A stretch of DNA of 29,676 nucleotides from a virus: the IMG/VR virus record IMGVR_UViG_3300050494_000042; one strand, given 5' to 3'. Below, in pieces: positions 16,442 to 24,298 of this stretch (its first letter is position 1; each line of letters starts with the position of its first letter). A model generated the notes under the pieces. It ran no database searches, was not told the origin of the DNA, and saw only the letters and a list, made by a program, of their open reading frames with translations. Made by a program: the position numbers and the translations under genes.

Positions 16442-17640
16442 TGAAGCCGAAATTGGTATGCGTTACACCTACGATACGACCGGAACAAATGACCAAGTTC
16501 CGTGAGGCGTGGAATTACCTGTTTGACAAACACGAAGTTTCCTTGATCACGGTATGGGACGGGGAGCGTCCACGAGTCACTTACTCGCCAGGCTGCTCCA
16601 AAACCGAAATGGACATCACCCACACACCCTTGCTGGAGAAGGTGTGGACGGATCACCGGGATTTATTCGTTCGATTCAGTGATGCGTGCCGCAACCTCGG
16701 ATTCGTCGCTGCGGCTGCGATGGGGGCTGACTTCATCTTCACCGCCGATGACGACGTCGCTCCCGTTTCCTTCTGTGACTGTCCGTCCGGGTACTGGAAG
16801 GACAACTGGGACGACCCGATTAAAGCTCACCTGAATGCTCTCAACAAGAAAGTTTCAACGTCCTGGATGTCCACTGCCCACGACACGGAACTTCACTTGC
16901 GGGGGGAGCCGTATTCGACACGGGAAGAAAGTCCCGTGATGCTGTCCCACGGGGTTTGGGTGGGTGTGCCGGATTTCGACGGTGAGACACAGTTACGACT
17001 GGAGAATCAGACTCCAAGTTCGGAAACCAACTGGTTCAGTACGCAGACAGGTGTCCCCTACACTCTCCCCTACTACATCGGTCCGATTCCGAGAGGTGTT
17101 CTATCGGCCCTCTGTGGAATGAGTTTGATGGTGCGGAAAGAAGCTCTGCCGTACCTGTACTTCGCTCCGATGGGACCAGATTCTGGCGTCACGGACGGAT
17201 GCAGTACCTGCACTGGTCCCGGTCGAATACTGGACTCCGGTAATGAATGGAAGGGTCATCCCGATTGCAAGAGATGTCGTGGGACTGGAAGAATTTCCAT
17301 CCTCCATCGTTTCAGTGACATCTGGATGTCCGTCTTTCTGAAAAGAGAATTCGACAGCCGGGGATGGGCTGTGTTAACGGGGACATCGACCATCCTTCAC
17401 ACACGAGCTTCCGACGCCAAGAAAAACTTTGAACAGGAGAAGCTCGGAAGGGAGTGGAACGAACGAATCGCTTTGTGGAGCTTACTGAACGAACTACCCG
17501 AATACCCAAAAGGAACTGACATTTCCGAACAGGAGTGGAATTATTTCCGTTCCTACGCAGAGAAACGCCGAAAGTACGCAGAGTTGATTCAGTCAGTCCA
17601 GGGCCGCGAGAGCGGAGGAGGTGAAAACACTGCTCACTGA
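16441..17640 (+). CDS. reversibly glycosylated polypeptide / UDP-arabinopyranose mutase (GT75/RGP) family protein with a DnaJ-type Zn insert
   Basis: PTIR, ACRNLGF, IFTADDD, RGEPYS.RE, SHGVW..VPDFD…QL, IP.G…CGM, YF..MG, RFSDIW, TG…I.H.RASD…N..QE..G. True start is the ATG at 16441. Confidence 0.85.
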   Translation: MKPKLVCVTPTIRPEQMTKFREAWNYLFDKHEVSLITVWDGERPRVTYSPGCSKTEMDITHTPLLEKVWTDHRDLFVRFSDACRNLGFVAAAAMGADFIFTADDDVAPVSFCDCPSGYWKDNWDDPIKAHLNALNKKVSTSWMSTAHDTELHLRGEPYSTREESPVMLSHGVWVGVPDFDGETQLRLENQTPSSETNWFSTQTGVPYTLPYYIGPIPRGVLSALCGMSLMVRKEALPYLYFAPMGPDSGVTDGCSTCTGPGRILDSGNEWKGHPDCKRCRGTGRISILHRFSDIWMSVFLKREFDSRGWAVLTGTSTILHTRASDAKKNFEQEKLGREWNERIALWSLLNELPEYPKGTDISEQEWNYFRSYAEKRRKYAELIQSVQGRESGGGENTAH

Positions 17641-17846
17641 CAAATTGTCCGTAAGTCCTGTACAGGAAACGGGATAATACTCTTTGTTGCTGAAATCAGG
17701 ATCTCGCAGGACGTAAGTTATTACAAAATAAGGATTTAGATGCATTGTCAGCAGGAGGAGACAGACGTCAATCTTGGAAATAAGTACCCTCTCGCGGCAA
17801 CAGCTTGATTTGCTTTTCGGGCAAGAGGATGCTACTCTCCCAAGTG
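17641..17846 (+). promoter_or_regulatory. CRISPR leader-like region with a sigma70 promoter
   Basis: Non-coding and AT-richer, with TAAGT motifs at 17652/17714/17781. TTGCTT(17810-15)-17 nt-TACTCT(17833-38) with a TGn extension puts +1 near the first repeat. Confidence 0.75.
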
Positions 17847-18009
17847 GTGACATACCGAGTGCAACCGGTTTGTAGTTGCAACGAAAACACGTCGATTTTT
17901 ATTGACCAACAAGTTGATGGTGACATACCGAGTGCAACCGGTTTGTAGTTGCAACCGGAGGAACGGTAGGTGGAATGCGGGGTGACATGCCGAGTACAGC
18001 CAATGTGAA
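17847..18009 (+). CRISPR. orphan CRISPR mini-array (2 identical 36-nt repeats, 1 degenerate terminal repeat, 2 spacers)
   Basis: GTGACATACCGAGTGCAACCGGTTTGTAGTTGCAAC at 17847-17882 and 17920-17955. Spacers are 37 and 26 nt. The third copy at 17982 matches 21 of the first 28 nt. No cas gene in the window. Confidence 0.8.
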
Positions 18010-18014
18010 ACCAG

Positions 18015-18036
18015 TTGGAGAGTTGTAACTCTCCAA
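18015..18036. terminator. hairpin after the terminal repeat, at the convergent junction
   Basis: TTGGAGAGTT-GT-AACTCTCCAA, a perfect inverted repeat. Confidence 0.55.
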
Positions 18037-18041
18037 GTTGC

Positions 18042-18077
18042 CCGTCATTCCTAGTGCATTGGGTTTGTAAATGCAAC
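18042..18077 (+). repeat. diverged CRISPR repeat copy overlapping the 3' end of the glycosidase gene
   Basis: 26/36 identity to the array repeat, with a compensated stem TGCATT/AATGCA. Confidence 0.7.
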
Positions 18078-19265
18078 AACGGTACGTTGGGGAGTAAGTG
18101 CTCTTTCCAGATCCTCGTGACGGTATTTGTGGAACGTGATGTGTCGATCATGTGTTCCACTGGCCGTAATCCAGTCGTCACCAACTCGAACTGATGCACC
18201 TACGAATGTTACGGCTATGTACTGATTCGTGGGCTTGGTATCCAGGTCCGCGAACAGAACCGGACGAGGGATGATCCTTCGGAACGCAAAGGGGGGTTTG
18301 GCATCCAGGGTAACGAGTCCGGTCCGGTATCGACTGGGTGATCCGAAACGATCATGCATCCACACCCACAACTCATCACCCACCCGAACCGGAGGTGCCC
18401 CACCCCTCGGTTCCCCCCCTTCCCACGGAATGCCAGGAGCCTCAGAAACCCACTCCGCTCGTTCACCATTCAATTTTGCCACCTTTAGTGGGGATAAACT
18501 GTAGATGGCGTATAAATCCCCACCTGGACGATCCTGGTGCAGAAGATGGTTCTTCTGCCACCTGTTTGAGGGTACTCCTGGCCAATCTGGAGCGAATATC
18601 TGTTCTGTGTCGTAATTCTGCCCCAATCGAGCGTACAGTTGATGCGTCTGGGTGACTTTTCGGTTCCTTCCCACCACCCCAATGAACGAGACGTGCAGTT
18701 TGTCCTTGAAGACGAATAGACGTGGGTCTTCGCGGCCCCAATTCGCCCGTTTGTGGGACAGTTCGAGTTTCTTCGGCTGGCTGACAGGATCGAATCGCTT
18801 GTTGAGTTCACAGATCCAGATGTTCGACCCGGCCCATCCATCCCGCCACGCGAAGGCGTAACCGTCCTTCCATTCCGTCATTCCGGGGTTGAACCGATAC
18901 CCTGCGAGTTGAGGAAAGAAGTTGGTGTGATTCCATTCCTTGAGGACAGTGGACGGAACGGCTGGTTGAAGGATGGCAGGACGAATCTGGGGTTTGGGCT
19001 TGCGGTCGGGACATGAAACGCAACAAGAAACCCCTTCGATCTTCTTGCTGATGGTGCAGGTTCCGTGCTTGGGAACAGCACAACTGAAGACTTTGAGTTG
19101 AACCATCCCGGAGCAGGAAGGGCACTGTTTCGTTTCCCCTGTCTCCTTACCGCGATGAAGACAGAACGTCGGGTCGACCTTCTTGGGAGTGGCAGGAGGC
19201 TTAATGCCACGTTCCGCTTCTTTTCGTTTCAAGTAGACAGCTTCGAGTTCCTTTTTGCTGGGCAA
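18051..19265 (-). CDS. Cys-rich N-terminal domain plus five-bladed beta-propeller glycosidase/phosphorylase (GH130/DUF377-like)
   Basis: FNPG, GREDPRLF, WQKN, RGGAPP, YRTG, VTFVG, SG..D motifs. Confidence 0.75.
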   Translation of the reverse strand: MPSKKELEAVYLKRKEAERGIKPPATPKKVDPTFCLHRGKETGETKQCPSCSGMVQLKVFSCAVPKHGTCTISKKIEGVSCCVSCPDRKPKPQIRPAILQPAVPSTVLKEWNHTNFFPQLAGYRFNPGMTEWKDGYAFAWRDGWAGSNIWICELNKRFDPVSQPKKLELSHKRANWGREDPRLFVFKDKLHVSFIGVVGRNRKVTQTHQLYARLGQNYDTEQIFAPDWPGVPSNRWQKNHLLHQDRPGGDLYAIYSLSPLKVAKLNGERAEWVSEAPGIPWEGGEPRGGAPPVRVGDELWVWMHDRFGSPSRYRTGLVTLDAKPPFAFRRIIPRPVLFADLDTKPTNQYIAVTFVGASVRVGDDWITASGTHDRHITFHKYRHEDLERALTPQRTVVAFTNPMH

Positions 19266-19300
19266 GAGTCACCTTCCGGTCTGTGTCGATAATTCCGGTG

Positions 19301-19329
19301 ACGGAAAGGAGCAATTTCCTGAAAGGCAA
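19301..19329 (-). promoter_or_regulatory. fourth copy of the TTGCCTTTCAGG.AATTG motif, with a poor -10
   Basis: The - strand reads TTGCCTTTCAGGAAATTG (17/18 to the early cassette), upstream of the glycosidase gene. Confidence 0.5.
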
Positions 19330-19426
19330 TCCCCTCTCCGTCCTGGAGTATTTTAGGGGGGTATGGTTGTACTGAGAAGATGCATCGCATTTCGCGGTGT
19401 CGAACTCGAAACTTGGGAGTGGAATT

Positions 19427-19753
19427 ATGAGTCAGTCAATTGAACCCCAGAGTCGAAATCGCCGCAGTGGAATCGCCATCGTCGCGGCCGGTGTCCTATT
19501 GGGGTTGGCGGTGGGATACCTTCTTGGTCAAGAAGGCAGAACTCCCTCGATATCAGGGTCAGTTATGTCTCTTGGTGACACCGTCATAATCGAGGATGCG
19601 AGAGGCGGATCGGCTGGCAGATACAAACTTTATACCATCTTGGAAGAGGGGAAGGTTGTTAAGGAAGGAAAGCCGCCGGAAGATTCCACAAAGATCAGGA
19701 TCGTATCTGGTAGGTACTTCCTGTACCTCTACCAGATACCTGATCCTAACTAA
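19427..19753 (+). CDS. single-TM protein, opposite to the structural operon
   Basis: RNRRSG followed by TM IAIVAAGVLLGLAVGYLLG. RBS GGAG/GGA. Confidence 0.65.
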   Translation: MSQSIEPQSRNRRSGIAIVAAGVLLGLAVGYLLGQEGRTPSISGSVMSLGDTVIIEDARGGSAGRYKLYTILEEGKVVKEGKPPEDSTKIRIVSGRYFLYLYQIPDPN

Positions 19754-20585
19754 GGACTCCCGTGCCAGTATTGATCGAGAACGTTGCTGATACGGGCGAC
19801 AATGTGCTGCTGGGGTCATCGTAAACAATCGGAGCGGGATTGAAAATCACCAGCTGCCAGCGTGACAGCATGAAGCATTGAGCGTTAAACGCGACACCGG
19901 GCAGGGACGTGTCATTGTTCCAGAACCCAAGTCCGGCGTCGTATGTTAGGGTGTAAGTTCCATCATAAGCTATTGTGCCACTGATTGTTAGAGTTATCTC
20001 TGGTGGGATAGGCACGTCGTCGCAGTCGGGAATGATAACCCCACACCCCGCGTCAATACACTCCTGCCTTGTTGGATAGGCGCCACCCGGTTCTTCGACA
20101 CAATCATCATCCACACAATCCCAGCCCATCGGTTCACACGAATCCACCGGCGAGACATCCACTGCGGTCGCTCCCAGAGCATCCTCCATGTGGTTCAGCC
20201 CAACACAGTCCCACTCCGAGTTCTCCAGGAAGAACAGATCCCCCGTCGTCAGGTTCTCCAGGGTCCAGGTATCGAGTACCGACAGATACAGACGCCACGT
20301 CATGTCCTCCGACATGAACGTGCAGGGGTTGCCGTCATTGGAGTTTTCGAGGTAACAGAGAGTGATTTCCGCTTCATCACCAGGAGACAGGAAGGTCCAG
20401 CGTTTGGCCATTGATGCACAAGCGGGGCATGTGCTTGTGCATCCTTCCTCGCAGAAGGTGCCCGATCCACTGCCGCCATCGCAGCATTCATCCTCGGTGG
20501 GAACGACGCAGCCGGTGACGGGTTGTGCCACAGGCACAGTGATTACCCGTCGTTCCACTCGAATGCCGGTCATGAATCGGGCCAT
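19746..20585 (-). CDS. acidic Cys-rich putative virion protein
   Basis: 279 aa with many Cys, located in the tail region. Confidence 0.7.
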   Translation of the reverse strand: MARFMTGIRVERRVITVPVAQPVTGCVVPTEDECCDGGSGSGTFCEEGCTSTCPACASMAKRWTFLSPGDEAEITLCYLENSNDGNPCTFMSEDMTWRLYLSVLDTWTLENLTTGDLFFLENSEWDCVGLNHMEDALGATAVDVSPVDSCEPMGWDCVDDDCVEEPGGAYPTRQECIDAGCGVIIPDCDDVPIPPEITLTISGTIAYDGTYTLTYDAGLGFWNNDTSLPGVAFNAQCFMLSRWQLVIFNPAPIVYDDPSSTLSPVSATFSINTGTGVLS

Positions 20586-20591
20586 CGAAAC

Positions 20592-20930
20592 TCACGGTAT
20601 GTAGGGAACGATGTTGATGGTCGGATCGAAAGCTGGAGCTTGTAGGTACAGTGGGTGAGTGAAAAGATAGACAGCAACCGCTGCCATCTTCTCATCCAGT
20701 GTCGCCCCTACCGACGTTGCAGGAATAAAAGCATTGAAAGTGTCAATTTCGTCTGGACTGTTGAACGTCGCGGCCCACAACGGCGGACTGCCGGTCGTCA
20801 CGTCCGCGAAGATTGCGTTCTTCTTCGGAGTCGAAAGTGCCAACAGTTCCTGTTGGACAACGTAGGGGTGCTTGGCGGTTCCGAGAACAACCTCGGAGTT
20901 GTTGGGATCAAGGATTGCAATTCCTGGCAC
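20592..20930 (-). CDS. hypothetical protein (tail-fiber associated)
   Basis: 112 aa, directly downstream of the fiber gene. Confidence 0.65.
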   Translation of the reverse strand: MPGIAILDPNNSEVVLGTAKHPYVVQQELLALSTPKKNAIFADVTTGSPPLWAATFNSPDEIDTFNAFIPATSVGATLDEKMAAVAVYLFTHPLYLQAPAFDPTINIVPYIP

Positions 20931-20962
20931 GGTAAGCCCTCAAAAGGTTACGGGCGAAGCTC

Positions 20963-23900
20963 TTACGGGGGACAACGGTAAATCAACATGCTACGCTTCT
21001 CGAAAGTGACAGTCCCCGTATTGGTTCTGAATTGCATTGTAAATGTATGGGAGCCAGAAGATACAGTACCTAAATCTACTGCTCCTCCTGTACACGGGAA
21101 AAGCAGTGTTGCTGCGGTACAACGACACGTGGGACCGTCAGTATCGGAACCATCCAGGTCGATTACAAGACGAGCAGAACCGTTCACCGTATCGTGAGAA
21201 GCCGTCGCCCCCAACTCAACGATGATACGACACGCTGTTGGAAGAGTAAGAGTGACACTTTGAACAGTCGTCAGATTCGTATTTGTTGTGCTGGACGTAG
21301 ACTGACTCGTAGCAACAACACTTGCCCCCAGAAGAGTCCCAGCAACTTCAATTGCCCCCGATGCGGCAAGGGTTGCATCCCCACTCATCGTCTTCGGAAG
21401 GGGATCGGCAGAGCTTTGCCCTACCAATAACTGACCGTCCGTCATCGCAGCAGTAGCGACAACAGCCCCGGTCGTTTGACCAAGCAAAACCCCATGAATC
21501 GTCAGTGTTGTCGCACCGGTCCCGCCGTGAGCCACATCACACGTTGCACCGGCTGTCACTCTTCCTTGTGCGTCGGTCGTGACCTGTCCGTAAGTTCCCG
21601 CAGTCCCTGTGTTTTTGAGGGTGATCGCTCCGGTGGCGGCAAGCGTAGCATCACCGGACAGCGTTTTGGGGAGTGGGTCGGCTGAAGTCTGCCCAACAAG
21701 GAGTTGCCCGTCCGACATCGCGGCTGTGGCTGTGATTGCCCCCGTCGTCTGCCCCAGAAGAATGCCGTGAATGGTCTGTGTGGTGAAGTTGTGTGGCCCT
21801 GCCAAGCTGATGACGGGTGTTGTGGTTCCTGTCGCTACGGAAACTTGATTCGTGGTTCCCGTGACGGATGTGACGGTTCCACCCGTGCCTGTGATCGTTA
21901 CTGACTTCGCCGTGTTGTCCGTGGTGAGGGTGATTCCCGTTCCAGCTACCAAAGTCAGAGCCGTCGTCACCGAGTTGACCGTGACCGTCGTCTGACCACT
22001 CACCACAACAGAGGAAAAGAGATTCTGGTCGCCGGTGTTTGTGTTTGAGGATGCCCCGCTGCCTGTAAATCCGGTTAGTGAAGAAGTCCCGGAATTCGCA
22101 ATCGATCCTGATCCAGAAAGAGTGATTCCATTCACACTCGACGGCGTAATTGCCGCAAGCGTAAGGGTAATGGCGGGAGTCGTGGTGGCTGTCGCGACTG
22201 ATCCACTGACTCCGTTGGCAGTTACCACAGAAACCGATGTGACAGTTCCTCCACTTCCGGTGGCGGATAAAGTAGTGCCCGTCATCGCCAAACCGGAACC
22301 TAGAGATATTTCCTGTGCAGCCCCTGACCCTCCTGCTGAACCCCTCCCGATCAAGGTAGAAGCCGTCTCAGAAGTGAACTGGTCGCCGGTGTTCGCTCCG
22401 GATACGGAAGAAGTGCCACTGTTCGTGAGGGTTCCCGAACCCGCCAGAGTGAACGGAAGTGTGAGAGCAAACGTACCTGTTGTTGTTATTGTTTGAGTCG
22501 TTCCACCACTGACTTGCATCCCATTAGCAGTCGTGAGGGTGATGCTTTCGACTGTACCGGACCCACTTGGCGTTCCTGACAGGATTGCGGCTGTCCAGTC
22601 GGTTGTGTCGGAGCAGGACAGAAAAACCAAAGCCGAAGAGAAGTCGTCGGTGAGTTCAATCGACGCTTCCCCGTTGATCGTCTGTCCTCCCTGAGCCTCA
22701 ATTGTGACTGTTCCACCGCCTGTGTTCGTGATGACGAACCAACAACCCTCTCCTGCCGTTTCGGAACTGGGAAGGGTGATGGTATTGCCGCCCTCCACGT
22801 CGATCAGCCAGTCTTCGGGTAGAAGTTCGTGACTGGCGTCAAGCGAAAGACAGGTCGCGTAGATCGGACACACCATCACCACGGCGGACAGTGTCGTTCC
22901 ATTGGGGTCAACCGGGGAACACGGACCTAGTGGATAATCGAGTGTTTCACACTGGGAAAGGACAAATTGCCCATCCGAATTCAACCCAACCGCCAGGACG
23001 GTCGAACGTAGGACACGCTCTCCTTCTTCACACTCGACACTGACGGGATTCACCGCTGCCGTACAGCCGTCGTTGCCGCTTCCAGAACCCGACCCGGAGC
23101 CGGAACCACCACTTCCACCAGAACCCCCACCCGGAATCCAGTTTGGGTTGGGGAAGTTGGCTCCAAGCTCGCCGTAGATGTTCCGGTCCGCCCACTGGGA
23201 ACGGAGGATTCGGGTCACCAGCATGTCAGGGTGGTGAACCCACTCCACGAAGTCGTCCAGTCCTTCCGGATTGATGTTCACAATTCCACGAAGGGTTGCG
23301 TCGGTCAGTCCCAGGAGCCAGTTGTAATAGTCAGTCGCGGCTTGAAGAGCATAGGCTGTCTGTTGGAGTGCCGTGGTCGTCAGTGGGTCCGCTGTAATTC
23401 GTCCGATTCCGGCTGAGACACCCTCAACACCTTCGTATCCGGAAAGCCCCAGTGACGCCAGCGTGACGTTGACGGGAGTGGATGTGCCTGTGTTTCCGTC
23501 GAAGAAGATGACATCTACGGAGGATGGAGCCATCCGTCCGATGTCGGCCCCGGTGAGTCTTCCACCGTTCAGCACCAAGTTTTGAATAGCAGTCCATCGG
23601 GACTCGTCCGACGCCTGAGCAGAAGACGCCGTGACGACTTCGACTGTGCCATCAAGGTTCCGAACCGTCTTCATTCCGATTTGCTTGCAGACACATTCGA
23701 TCACGATGGGAATCGGCTGAATCCCAGTTGTCCATCGCAGTGCGTTAGGCTCCAAATACTCTGACGGTATAACGTCTATAAGAGGACTTTCCCCCAACAA
23801 AGCGAACAGTGCTTCGAGGAATTCGCTCCACGTGCCGGGGGGATCGGGAATCTCGGCACTGCCACACTGGTGCCACCAAAAACGGGAATCTACAAACGTT

Positions 23901-24295
23901 AATAAGAACCATTCGTCACTGCCTTTCTGACAGATGGGACGCGGAGGAAGTAAATACATCTCCGTTTCGATGGTTCCGGCTGTTGTGCCGTCTGTGATCA
24001 GAAGTGTTTGAGCAGTCGGTGTGGTCCCGATGATCGAGCGGAGTTGACTGACCTGTGCTCCCGTGGCGACGAGGTGACACGTACTCCACTGATCCGCTCC
24101 GGTAGGCCAATGAAGCCTACCAAGTGCGGGTGGCTCTCTTTGTGGTGGATACGGAGTCGGGAATTGCTGTATCGAAGGAACAAAGAAGGTTTGATGATCG
24201 AACTCATTGATCCGGTGTGCGTGCCAGAATTGTGCCGCCAATTCATGGTGTTCGTGAAGAGGAGTCAAACCGACATTTGCGAATGATATGGGCAT
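20963..24295 (-). CDS. large tail/baseplate-fiber protein
   Basis: 1110 aa: globular N-terminus, GS linker, T/G/S-rich GTVTSV repeats, duplicated ~52-aa module (IHG.LLGQTTGA…SGDATLAA.GAI). Confidence 0.8.
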   Translation of the reverse strand: MPISFANVGLTPLHEHHELAAQFWHAHRINEFDHQTFFVPSIQQFPTPYPPQREPPALGRLHWPTGADQWSTCHLVATGAQVSQLRSIIGTTPTAQTLLITDGTTAGTIETEMYLLPPRPICQKGSDEWFLLTFVDSRFWWHQCGSAEIPDPPGTWSEFLEALFALLGESPLIDVIPSEYLEPNALRWTTGIQPIPIVIECVCKQIGMKTVRNLDGTVEVVTASSAQASDESRWTAIQNLVLNGGRLTGADIGRMAPSSVDVIFFDGNTGTSTPVNVTLASLGLSGYEGVEGVSAGIGRITADPLTTTALQQTAYALQAATDYYNWLLGLTDATLRGIVNINPEGLDDFVEWVHHPDMLVTRILRSQWADRNIYGELGANFPNPNWIPGGGSGGSGGSGSGSGSGSGNDGCTAAVNPVSVECEEGERVLRSTVLAVGLNSDGQFVLSQCETLDYPLGPCSPVDPNGTTLSAVVMVCPIYATCLSLDASHELLPEDWLIDVEGGNTITLPSSETAGEGCWFVITNTGGGTVTIEAQGGQTINGEASIELTDDFSSALVFLSCSDTTDWTAAILSGTPSGSGTVESITLTTANGMQVSGGTTQTITTTGTFALTLPFTLAGSGTLTNSGTSSVSGANTGDQFTSETASTLIGRGSAGGSGAAQEISLGSGLAMTGTTLSATGSGGTVTSVSVVTANGVSGSVATATTTPAITLTLAAITPSSVNGITLSGSGSIANSGTSSLTGFTGSGASSNTNTGDQNLFSSVVVSGQTTVTVNSVTTALTLVAGTGITLTTDNTAKSVTITGTGGTVTSVTGTTNQVSVATGTTTPVISLAGPHNFTTQTIHGILLGQTTGAITATAAMSDGQLLVGQTSADPLPKTLSGDATLAATGAITLKNTGTAGTYGQVTTDAQGRVTAGATCDVAHGGTGATTLTIHGVLLGQTTGAVVATAAMTDGQLLVGQSSADPLPKTMSGDATLAASGAIEVAGTLLGASVVATSQSTSSTTNTNLTTVQSVTLTLPTACRIIVELGATASHDTVNGSARLVIDLDGSDTDGPTCRCTAATLLFPCTGGAVDLGTVSSGSHTFTMQFRTNTGTVTFEKRSMLIYRCPP

Positions 24296-24298
24296 ATT

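Noticed and set aside
17683-17730. Possible tracrRNA anti-repeat (GTTGC; TTATTACAAA)
   Set aside because: Complementarity is short and interrupted, and the region is better explained as a leader.
17847-17882. Class 1 reading of the repeat (ACATACCG/CGGTTTGT stem plus an 8-nt GTTGCAAC handle)
   Set aside because: Disfavoured but not excluded. The diverged copies lose parts of the outer stem, and one changes the handle while compensating the TGCAAC/GTTGCA stem.
21543-21559. GTTGCACCGGCTGTCAC resembles part of the reverse-complement CRISPR repeat
   Set aside because: It needs two gaps, lacks the 3' stem arm, and lies in fiber coding sequence (VTAGAT). Likely chance.
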